DNA of 64,000 nt from Clostridia bacterium (lineage in GTDB: Bacteria > Bacillota > Clostridia > Oscillospirales > QAKW01), in contig JAFSCX010000019.1 of the NCBI GenBank assembly GCA_017436525.1, positions 11,155-75,154 of the forward strand, given 5' to 3'. The notes beneath the pieces are model-generated. The model was not told the origin of the DNA. It saw only the letters and a program-made list of their open reading frames with translations, and searched no databases. The translations under genes and the position numbers were made by a program. This document shows, piece by piece, positions 19,806 through 26,944 of this stretch (position 1 is the stretch's first letter; each line of letters begins with the position of its first letter).

Positions 19806-19970
19806 CCAAGCCGAAGGCTTGGTATGTAATCCGCGTTAGCGGAATGTAATCACGCGTCAGCGTGTATGTTATCACCGCAAGGTACATTCTTCGGCTTGAT
19901 TACATGCGCAACTTATCGTTGCAATTACATACAATGCTTCGCATTGATTACATTCACACCTGCGGTGTGA
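19806..19970. repeat. Array of eight different mini-hairpins separated by the heptamer ATGTAAT (three forward, three as ATTACAT); unclassified
   Basis: Read directly. Hairpins lie at 19806-22, 19831-42, 19851-64, 19874-83, 19889-94, 19908-22, 19932-46 and 19954-70. Linkers lie at 19824-30, 19844-50, 19866-72 (ATGTTAT), 19899-905, 19924-30 and 19947-53. Confidence 0.85.
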
Positions 19971-20017
19971 TTTTAGATGAAGGGATTCAAACCTATTTGT
20001 ACTCTCTTTCCAGGTTG

Positions 20018-20076
20018 AAAAGTGGCTTAAATCATGTATTTATGCAGGTTTGGGCCACTTTTTGTTTTGTATTTTT
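20018..20076 (+). terminator. Terminator-like element with a large loop
   Basis: 9-bp stem AAAAGTGGC/GCCACTTTT enclosing 27 nt, followed by the T-rich run TTTTGTTTTGTATTTTT. The loop is atypically long, so confidence is low. Confidence 0.35.
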
Positions 20077-20143
20077 GATCGGCGGCAAGGTGTAAAAAAA
20101 CTTCTGATTTCTCTATTTTTTCTAAAAATGTGGCACCATTTCT

Positions 20144-21085
20144 GTGCAGTTTGAAATCAAAAAAAGCGATACCGGTCAAAACACATTGTATCTGACTGTG
20201 GCGCTCAAGAGTGTCGAGGCGAAAAAAATAGAAGCTGACGTCATGGAACCCGTTTGGCCCCGTGAGGGTACCGCCCAGGCTCTGGTGTCAACTTCTAATA
20301 TTAGTATATCCGAACTTTTTGAAAATGTCAATCCGGAAGACAAGAATTTTTTGAAATATGTACCGGAACGGTTTTTGAAAGATAATCAGCGTGTTGCAAA
20401 AACTGATTCGATGGAGGCGGAATCAAAGAGAATCGGTAATTATTTTGAAAAACAAGGTGAAAAAAAGGTTGACCTACAGGGTGATACCAATGCGGTCTAT
20501 GAGAAGTTGACCGCATTGATCAAGCAAGACCGTGCTGATCGGTATGGTTGGAAGAATGGGGAGGATACCACCAAGAGCGATCCGCTCTTTGATGAGATCG
20601 TTGCCAATTTGCATATCAATGACGATTCCTCTTTGATCGGAACTCAACAGAATTTTGTTGGCACCGCCGCTCTGCAAAAGGCCGGAATCAAGATTGATGG
20701 CTCAGTGGGAGATTATTCAATTGACCTTAAAGGAAAGGCCAAGATCGCCAAAGAATACAAGGCAATGAACCGCGAGATCCGCAATTATAAAAAGCGAATG
20801 AAAATGACTGAGCAGGAAATGCAAGCGGCGAAGGATTTCTATGAGGATCAAATCTCCGATGAGGAATTAAAAAAATTAGATGGTATTCGCCATAAGGTCG
20901 TGCGAGGTTATGTGGATCTGCTGATCAAGCGCCAAGGCCTTGATAAGCCCAACGGAAGAGTGCTGTTTGCAAGGGATGTGTACCGATTGGAGTATTTCCT
21001 TGATCGGATCATTAAGGACCTCGTAACTCCAATCTTTTTCGAAAAACAAAATAGAGTGTTGACAATCGCGAAATTTGCGGTATAA
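20144..21085 (+). CDS. Orphan hypothetical protein, probably horizontally acquired and possibly a fragment of a larger mobile-element protein
   Basis: 313-aa K/E/D-rich ORF with a GTG start, no SD, and only 6 in-frame codons upstream. Codon choice and A+T content visibly differ from the neighbours. No motif recognised. Confidence 0.5.
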   Translation: MQFEIKKSDTGQNTLYLTVALKSVEAKKIEADVMEPVWPREGTAQALVSTSNISISELFENVNPEDKNFLKYVPERFLKDNQRVAKTDSMEAESKRIGNYFEKQGEKKVDLQGDTNAVYEKLTALIKQDRADRYGWKNGEDTTKSDPLFDEIVANLHINDDSSLIGTQQNFVGTAALQKAGIKIDGSVGDYSIDLKGKAKIAKEYKAMNREIRNYKKRMKMTEQEMQAAKDFYEDQISDEELKKLDGIRHKVVRGYVDLLIKRQGLDKPNGRVLFARDVYRLEYFLDRIIKDLVTPIFFEKQNRVLTIAKFAV

Positions 21086-21086
21086 T
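21059..21086 (+). promoter_or_regulatory. Consensus-like sigma-A promoter inside the 3' end of the orphan ORF
   Basis: TTGACA (21059-21064), 16-nt spacer, TATAAT (21081-21086). Confidence 0.4.
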
Positions 21087-21106
21087 GATATTGCACAGAG
21101 AGAAAA

Positions 21107-21146
21107 GAGAGTGCGCTTTCCCTTGGGGAAAGTGCACTCTTTTTTG
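21107..21146. terminator. Strong intrinsic terminator between the orphan ORF and the Ldh-family gene
   Basis: About 13-15 bp stem (AGAGTGCGCTTTCC/GGAAAGTGCACTCT with one G-U pair), followed by TTTTTT and preceded by an A-rich run. Confidence 0.75.
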
Positions 21147-21178
21147 TGAAAAAATAAAAAATACGGAGGAATTTCAAA

Positions 21179-22291
21179 ATGGCAAAGAACAACATCGTCG
21201 ATTGGAAGACAATCACCAACTTTGTAATCGATTCTTTTGTCGGTTACGGCATCCCCAGAGAAGATGCAGAAATCTGCGCAGATGTATTGCTGGAATCTGA
21301 TAAGAGAGGCATTGAGTCCCATGGTGTAAACCGCTTCAAGCCTGTTTATCTGGATCGTATCAAAGCAGGCATCCAGAATCCTGTAACCAACTTTGAGATT
21401 ATCAAAGAGACTCCCACCACCGCAGTTGTGGATGGCCACGACGGCATGGGTCAGGTTATCGGCCATAAGGCGATGAGCATGGCAATTGCCAAGGCGAAAG
21501 AATATGGTATGGGTATGGTCGTTGTCCGTAATTCCTGCCATTACGGTATCGCAGGCTATTATACCTCCATGGCTGCTAAAGCCGGCTGCATCGGCATGAC
21601 CGGTACCAATGCGCGCCCCACTGTTGCTCCTACTTTTGGCGTTGAGGGTATGTTTGGTACCAATCCTTTGACCTTGGGCGTTCCTACCGATGAGGAATTT
21701 GATTTCAACTTTGATGCCGCTTCCTCTACCTATCAGAACGGTAAGCTGGAGTATTATGCGCGTATCGGAAAGGATGCTCCTAAGGGCTCCTTGATCTGCA
21801 CCGATGGTAAAGAGTTTGTCGGCACCTCTGCCGATGCTCTGAAGACCATGGCAAAGCGTGAGGCTGCTCTTTGCACCCTCGGCGGACCCGGCGAGGAGCA
21901 ATGCGGCTATAAGGGCTATGGCTTTGCAATGTTTGTTGAGCTGCTTTCCGCTGTTTTGCAGGATGGTAGCTATGGTAAGGCGCTGACCGGCTTGGATGAA
22001 AACGGCAATAAGGTTCCCTTCCGCCTCGGCCATTTCTTTATCGCGATCGATACCGATCACTTCCTTGGCGAGGATGTTTGCCGCAAAAAAGCAGGCGATA
22101 TTCTTCGCGAGGTTCGTGCTTCTAAGAAGGATCCCAACGCTGAGCGGATCTATACCGCAGGCGAGAAGGAGCATTTGGTTCGCCTTGCCCGCGAGAGCGG
22201 TGTGCCCATCAATGAGTCTGTTCAGGCTGAAATGGAAGCCGTTCGCGATGAGTTGGGCCTTAGCCAATATAAATTCCCCTGGGAGGACTAA
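21179..22291 (+). CDS. Ldh-family (malate/L-lactate dehydrogenase type 2) oxidoreductase
   Basis: 370 aa with GIESHGVNRF and RNSxHxGxxGYY motifs typical of this family. SD is ACGGAGGA. Confidence 0.85.
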   Translation: MAKNNIVDWKTITNFVIDSFVGYGIPREDAEICADVLLESDKRGIESHGVNRFKPVYLDRIKAGIQNPVTNFEIIKETPTTAVVDGHDGMGQVIGHKAMSMAIAKAKEYGMGMVVVRNSCHYGIAGYYTSMAAKAGCIGMTGTNARPTVAPTFGVEGMFGTNPLTLGVPTDEEFDFNFDAASSTYQNGKLEYYARIGKDAPKGSLICTDGKEFVGTSADALKTMAKREAALCTLGGPGEEQCGYKGYGFAMFVELLSAVLQDGSYGKALTGLDENGNKVPFRLGHFFIAIDTDHFLGEDVCRKKAGDILREVRASKKDPNAERIYTAGEKEHLVRLARESGVPINESVQAEMEAVRDELGLSQYKFPWED

Positions 22292-22294
22292 TCA

Positions 22295-23467
22295 ATGGAT
22301 ATCAGAAAAGAGTCTTTGAAAAAGCACTACGAGTGGAACGGTAAGATTGAGGTTGTAACCCGCTGCCCCATTGAGACCCGCGAGGATCTCTCTTTGGCCT
22401 ATACCCCCGGCGTAGCCGAGGCTTGCCTTGAGATTCAGAAGGATTATAATAAGAGCTATGAGCTGACCCGCCGTAATAACATGGTGGCTGTCATCACCGA
22501 TGGTACTGCTATTTTGGGTCTTGGCGATATCGGCCCTGAAGCCGGCATGCCTGTTATGGAAGGGAAATGCGCCCTCTTTAAGGCTTTTGCCGATGTAGAT
22601 GCATTTCCGATCTGCATCCGCAGCAAGGATGTGGATGAGCTGGTTCGCACCATCTATTTGATCTCCGGCTCCTTCGGCGGTATCAATTTGGAGGATATCG
22701 GCGCACCTCGCTGCTTTGAGGTGGAGCGTAAGCTGAAAGAGATCTGCGATATCCCCATCTTCCATGATGATCAGCATGGTACCGCTATTGTAGTGGCCGC
22801 TGCTTTGATCAACGCTTTGAAGGTTGTTAAGAAAAATATTGCTGATGTGAAGGTTGTCATTAATGGCGCAGGCTCTGCAGGCATCGCAATCGGCAAGCAT
22901 CTTTTGAATATGGGCGTAAAGCATCTGACCATGGTTGATCGCTTCGGTATCATCTGCAAAGGGATGCCTGAGCTGAATGAAGCCCATGCCGAGATGGCAG
23001 AGATCACCAATCTTGAGCATCAGATGGGCAATCTCTCCGATGCCATGAAGGGTGCCGATGTATTCATCGGTGTATCTGCTCCCAATATCGTCAGCGAAGA
23101 GATGGTGGCTTCCATGGCGGATGACGCTGTCATGTTCCCCATGGCAAATCCTACCCCCGAGATCATGCCCGACCTTGCAAAGAAGGCAGGCGCTCGCATA
23201 GTGGGTACCGGCAGAAGCGATTTCCCCAATCAGATCAACAATGTATTGGCATTCCCCGGCATCTTCCGTGGTGCGCTTGATTGCCGTGCATCCTGCATCA
23301 ATGAGGAAATGAAGGTTGCCACCTCCTATGCCTTGGCTGCTCTCATCCCCGATGAGGAACTCAATGAAGAGAATATCATCATCGGTGCTTTGGATAAGCG
23401 GGTTGCTCCTGCAGTTGCCGAAGCGGTTGTGAAGGCGGCAAAGGAAACCGGCGTAGCAAGAATCTAA
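22295..23467 (+). CDS. NAD(P)-dependent malic enzyme (short form)
   Basis: LSLAYTPGVA, FHDDQHGTA and VINGAGSAG motifs, 390 aa. Confidence 0.9.
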   Translation: MDIRKESLKKHYEWNGKIEVVTRCPIETREDLSLAYTPGVAEACLEIQKDYNKSYELTRRNNMVAVITDGTAILGLGDIGPEAGMPVMEGKCALFKAFADVDAFPICIRSKDVDELVRTIYLISGSFGGINLEDIGAPRCFEVERKLKEICDIPIFHDDQHGTAIVVAAALINALKVVKKNIADVKVVINGAGSAGIAIGKHLLNMGVKHLTMVDRFGIICKGMPELNEAHAEMAEITNLEHQMGNLSDAMKGADVFIGVSAPNIVSEEMVASMADDAVMFPMANPTPEIMPDLAKKAGARIVGTGRSDFPNQINNVLAFPGIFRGALDCRASCINEEMKVATSYALAALIPDEELNEENIIIGALDKRVAPAVAEAVVKAAKETGVARI

Positions 23468-23472
23468 ATCTG

Positions 23473-23511
23473 AAAAACGCAAGAAAAGCAATGCTTTTCT
23501 TGCGTTTTTTT
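23473..23511 (+). terminator. Intrinsic terminator after the malic enzyme gene
   Basis: 11-bp stem CGCAAGAAAAG/CTTTTCTTGCG, followed by TTTTTTT. Confidence 0.8.
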
Positions 23512-23539
23512 AATAAATTATTAAATCATTCCCAATCTC

Positions 23540-23568
23540 TTGACTTATTTGGAAAAATATGATAATTT
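23540..23568 (+). promoter_or_regulatory. Promoter of the riboswitch/ATPase transcription unit
   Basis: TTGACT (23540-23545) and an extended -10 region TGATAATTT (23560-23568). Confidence 0.5.
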
Positions 23569-23574
23569 TAATTC

Positions 23575-23667
23575 AAATAAGGGAGTAGTCGGCGCGTGTA
23601 GCGTGATGAAGTCAACAACACTGAAGGAAATTCCTTTTGGCTTTATTTTAATCGGCAAGACTTATCT
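23575..23667 (+). promoter_or_regulatory. yybP-ykoY (Mn2+) riboswitch aptamer
   Basis: Carries the conserved GGGAGTAG (23581-88) and GGCAAGAC (23654-61) loop sequences. P1 pairs ATAAG (23577-81) with CTTAT (23661-65). An internal GTCAACA element is also present. The element lies upstream of a cation P-type ATPase, a known context for this class. Confidence 0.7.
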
Positions 23668-23697
23668 GCATCGTTTCGGCAGATGAGTCTTTTTTTG
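23658..23697 (+). terminator. Riboswitch expression-platform terminator
   Basis: 12-bp stem AGACTTATCTGC/GCAGATGAGTCT followed by TTTTTTT. The 5' arm overlaps the 3' strand of aptamer P1, so the two structures are mutually exclusive. Confidence 0.75.
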
Positions 23698-23754
23698 ATA
23701 TTTGAAGCCGGAACTGTATAAAATGATATTGAATGGATCAGAAAGGGAATTGAA

Positions 23755-26382
23755 ATGAAGGAATATTTGCGATCAAAAGATGAAGTGCTTCAGGCCCAAG
23801 GCGTGGATGAAGCAGGCCTTAGCGAGCAGGAGGCTCAAAAGAGGGCGGCAGAATTCGGCCCTAATAGATTGGCAGAGGGAAAGAAACCCTCTCTCTTTTC
23901 TCGGTTTATCAAAGAATTATCCGATCCGATGATTTTGATTCTGCTGGGCGCCGCAGTGATTTCTGCGGTTACGGCAGTTATATCCGATGAATCCTTCGCC
24001 GATGTGATCATCATTTTAGCGGTGGTATTGATCAATGCGATCTTGGGTGTCGTGCAGGAAAGCAAGGCGGAGAAAGCCATTGAAGCCTTAAAGGAGATCA
24101 CGGCCGCCACCTCGAAAGTCATCCGAGACGGGCGTCAGATGGTGGTCCGCAGCGATGAGCTGGTGTGCGGTGATATTATTATTTTGGAAGCAGGCGATTC
24201 TGTCCCTGCAGATGCCCGCATTATCGAATGTGCCAGCATGAAGGTAGAGGAGGCTGCTCTTACAGGCGAATCGGTGCCGGTGGAAAAAGCGGTAGACGCT
24301 CTTTCTGCGGCAGAGGATAAAGATATCCCGCTGGGGGATCGAATTAATATGGTCTATATGGGAAGCACGGTTGTATACGGCCGTGGGGTCGCTGTGGTTA
24401 CCGCCATCGGTATGCAGACGGAGATGGGTAAGATTGCCGATGCGCTCACCCAATCCAAAGATGATGAGACTCCCTTGCAGATTAAGCTGAATCAGCTGAG
24501 CAAGATTTTAAGCTTTTTGGTCCTGGGGATTTGCGGCGTGATTTTTGCCATCAATCTTTTGGGTGCCGAGGCCATCAATAGCGAAATTTTGCTGGATACC
24601 TTCCTTGTGGCTATCAGCTTGGCGGTTGCGGCAATTCCGGAAGGTCTTGCCGCAGTGGTAACCATTGTGCTCTCTATCGGTGTTACCAATATGAGCAAGC
24701 GGAATGCGGTGATTCGTAAACTCACCGCAGTAGAGACCCTTGGCTGCACCCAAATTATCTGCTCCGATAAGACCGGCACCCTTACTCAGAATAAAATGAC
24801 GGTGGTGGATCATTCTTCTGATGATCCTGATGCATTAATGATGGCAATGGCTCTTTGCAGCGATGCCAAATTGGATCAAAGCGGAGAAGCCATCGGCGAG
24901 CCTACCGAATGTGCTCTTGTAAATGATGCGCATCAATTGGGGCTGGATGAGAAAATTGCCGCTTATCGGCGGATCGGGGAAGCTCCTTTTGATTCCGATC
25001 GCAAAATGATGTCCACAGTATGCATCAATCAAGCAGGAGAGATCATTCAATTTACAAAAGGCGCCCCCGATGAAGTCTTAAAATGCTGCACGACCATCCT
25101 AAAAGATGGAAAGGAAATCCCCTTTACAGATGAATTGCGTCAGCAGGTGCTGGCGCAGAATAAAAAATATGCTGATCAGGCGCTTCGGGTGCTTGCGGCA
25201 GCCAAGCGGGCATGGGAATCTGAGCCGAAATCCAATGCTCCCGAGGAGCTGGAGCAGAATCTTTGCTTCATAGGTCTTTGCGGAATGATTGATCCCATTC
25301 GCCCTGAGGTAAAGGTGGCGATTGAGGAATGTCGCACTGCAGGAATTCGGCCCATAATGATTACCGGAGATCATAAGGATACAGCCACCGCCATTGCCAA
25401 AGAGCTGGGAATTCTTGCCGAGGGGCAGGCCGCCATTACCGGCGCAGAGCTAAATGAAATTACCGATGAAACCCTTGCGCGGGATATTGAAAAATATTCA
25501 GTCTATGCACGCGTGCAGCCGGAGCATAAGACCCGCATTGTATCTGCTTGGAAGGCGCGCGGCTGCATTACTGCTATGACGGGGGACGGTGTCAACGATG
25601 CGCCCTCTATCAAAACCGCCGATATCGGAATCGGCATGGGAATTACCGGCACCGATGTTACCAAGAATGTGGCGGATATGGTATTGGCTGATGATAATTT
25701 TGCTACCATTGTCGGCGCAGTGGAAGAGGGAAGAAGGATCTATTCTAATATCAGAAAATCCATCCAATTTCTGCTCTCTGCCAATCTTGCCGAGGTGCTT
25801 TCCATCTTCTTCTCCACATTGCTTGGATTTGTGATTTTGAAGCCGGTCCATCTTCTTTGGATCAATTTGATTACCGATACTTTCCCCGCCTTAGCACTGG
25901 GCGCGGAGCGAGCCGAGGCGGATGTCATGAAGCGCGCTCCCCGCGATCCCAAAGAGGGAATCTTTGCGGGCGGCCTTGGATTCGATGTGGCTTTTCAGGG
26001 CGTAATCATTACCATTCTTACGCTGGCCTCCTATTTCATCGGTCATTTTATCGAAAGCGGGAAATGGGAGATCGCCAACAGCACCGACGGAATGACCATG
26101 GCGTTCCTTACCCTTTCTTTGGTAGAAATTTTTCATTCCTTTAATATGCGCTCCAGAAGAGAATCGGTCTTTCGGATGCAGAGCCATAATAAGCTTCTTT
26201 GGGGCTCTATGGTCTTCTCCTTTGTGGCGACAACATCTGTCATTTATATCCCGTTTCTCCGAGAGGCCTTTGGCTTTGAAATGATTTCTTTGGCGGAATA
26301 CGGAGTGGCAATCCTTCTCGCAATTCTCATTATCCCTATTATGGAGCTTGTAAAATTCATTCAACGAAAGCTTGAAAAATAA
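23755..26382 (+). CDS. Cation-transporting P-type ATPase (P2 / Ca2+-Mn2+ type)
   Basis: 875 aa with TGES, ICSDKTGTLTQN, MITGDH, TGDGVNDAP and about 10 TM segments. Confidence 0.92.
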   Translation: MKEYLRSKDEVLQAQGVDEAGLSEQEAQKRAAEFGPNRLAEGKKPSLFSRFIKELSDPMILILLGAAVISAVTAVISDESFADVIIILAVVLINAILGVVQESKAEKAIEALKEITAATSKVIRDGRQMVVRSDELVCGDIIILEAGDSVPADARIIECASMKVEEAALTGESVPVEKAVDALSAAEDKDIPLGDRINMVYMGSTVVYGRGVAVVTAIGMQTEMGKIADALTQSKDDETPLQIKLNQLSKILSFLVLGICGVIFAINLLGAEAINSEILLDTFLVAISLAVAAIPEGLAAVVTIVLSIGVTNMSKRNAVIRKLTAVETLGCTQIICSDKTGTLTQNKMTVVDHSSDDPDALMMAMALCSDAKLDQSGEAIGEPTECALVNDAHQLGLDEKIAAYRRIGEAPFDSDRKMMSTVCINQAGEIIQFTKGAPDEVLKCCTTILKDGKEIPFTDELRQQVLAQNKKYADQALRVLAAAKRAWESEPKSNAPEELEQNLCFIGLCGMIDPIRPEVKVAIEECRTAGIRPIMITGDHKDTATAIAKELGILAEGQAAITGAELNEITDETLARDIEKYSVYARVQPEHKTRIVSAWKARGCITAMTGDGVNDAPSIKTADIGIGMGITGTDVTKNVADMVLADDNFATIVGAVEEGRRIYSNIRKSIQFLLSANLAEVLSIFFSTLLGFVILKPVHLLWINLITDTFPALALGAERAEADVMKRAPRDPKEGIFAGGLGFDVAFQGVIITILTLASYFIGHFIESGKWEIANSTDGMTMAFLTLSLVEIFHSFNMRSRRESVFRMQSHNKLLWGSMVFSFVATTSVIYIPFLREAFGFEMISLAEYGVAILLAILIIPIMELVKFIQRKLEK

Positions 26383-26390
26383 ATCGGAAG

Positions 26391-26421
26391 ATCGGCAAAT
26401 CCATCTTGGATTTGCCGATCT
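26391..26421. repeat. 31-bp hairpin repeat, copy 1 (no U-tract)
   Basis: ATCGGCAAATCCATCTTGGATTTGCCGATCT, identical to 26815-26845. Lies directly after the ATPase stop codon. Confidence 0.9.
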
Positions 26422-26423
26422 CA

Positions 26424-26460
26424 GCGTGTCAAAAAACTCCTGCGGAGGTTTTTGACACGC
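26424..26460. other. Long near-perfect hairpin
   Basis: GCGTGTCAAAAAACTCC / GGAGGTTTTTGACACGC, 16 bp with one A-G mismatch, loop TGC. No U-tract on either strand. Confidence 0.8.
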
Positions 26461-26666
26461 TGGTAGACTCTCAAAAAAAGTGCAGATTTCGTCGATCTGT
26501 TCTCGTCGGCGTTTTTGGGGGTCCCCGACAAAACTGAAGTTTTGTTGGGGAAAAGGAGGACCTAATGGTATAAGTGGATATTTTGCCATCATGCAAAATG
26601 GAACGGTTACCATTAGGTTTGACGCACGGTAGAGTGCAGATCGGCGGAAAGCAGAAAATTTTATTC

Positions 26667-26696
26667 AAAATCCGCATCATCATGCGGATTTTTCCT
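26667..26696. terminator. Terminator-like hairpin inside the intergenic segment
   Basis: 10-bp stem AAAATCCGCA/TGCGGATTTT, loop TCATCA, T-rich on both flanks. Confidence 0.45.
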
Positions 26697-26814
26697 TATT
26701 ATAAGAAAGCAAGGAAAAAGAGTGGGCTTTCTTTTCTCTTGCTGATTTATAGAATCGGCAGAATTCTTTAGTTCTCTTATTTTCTGCGGTCTGTGCCTTT
26801 TTTGACAGTCTGAA

Positions 26815-26851
26815 ATCGGCAAATCCATCTTGGATTTGCCGATCTTTTTTT
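26815..26851 (+). terminator. 31-bp hairpin repeat, copy 2, with a U-tract (functional-looking terminator)
   Basis: Same 31 bp as 26391-26421, here followed by TTTTTTT. Confidence 0.8.
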
Positions 26852-26869
26852 AATTTCTTCTATGATCTA

Positions 26870-26899
26870 TTGACAAAGAGAAAGCAACTATTTTATACT
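26870..26899 (+). promoter_or_regulatory. Promoter of the dockerin-GDPD gene
   Basis: TTGACA (26870-75), 18-nt spacer, TATACT (26894-99). SD is GAGGAGA before ATG 26945. Confidence 0.5.
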
Positions 26900-26944
26900 A
26901 ATTTGAAATGATGTAATTGGGTTTAATGTATTAGAGGAGAAAAA

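Noticed and set aside
19644-19814. 10-nt identity TCCAAGCCGA between the tRNA-Gly anticodon arm (19644-53) and the first array hairpin (19805-14), as a possible att-site remnant
   Set aside because: The match is too short and does not continue into the rest of the tRNA 3' half. It could be chance, so it is mentioned only as a lead.
19806-19970. CRISPR array or REP/BIME cluster as an explanation for the hairpin array
   Set aside because: The conserved unit is only 7 nt and the intervening segments are themselves palindromes, so this is not repeat-spacer architecture. The palindromes are all different, unlike REP families, and there are no cas or RAYT genes in the window.
19699-20095. 62-aa minus-strand and 77-aa plus-strand ORFs across tRNA-Arg and the hairpin array
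   Set aside because: One runs antisense through a tRNA gene. Both are created by the ATGTAAT/ATTACAT repeats. Neither has an SD or any coding-like composition.
25891-26771. ORFs overlapping the ATPase 3' end and the structured intergenic segment (240 aa and 70 aa on the minus strand, 65 aa on the plus strand)
   Set aside because: The first is antisense to the ATPase. The others lack an SD, cross hairpins and terminators, and have improbable composition. The segment is treated as non-coding.
26912-26935. Additional ATGTAAT / AATGTAT motifs upstream of the GDPD gene; considered as possible relatives of the array linker
   Set aside because: These are single occurrences in A+T-rich promoter-proximal DNA with no adjacent palindromes, as expected by chance.
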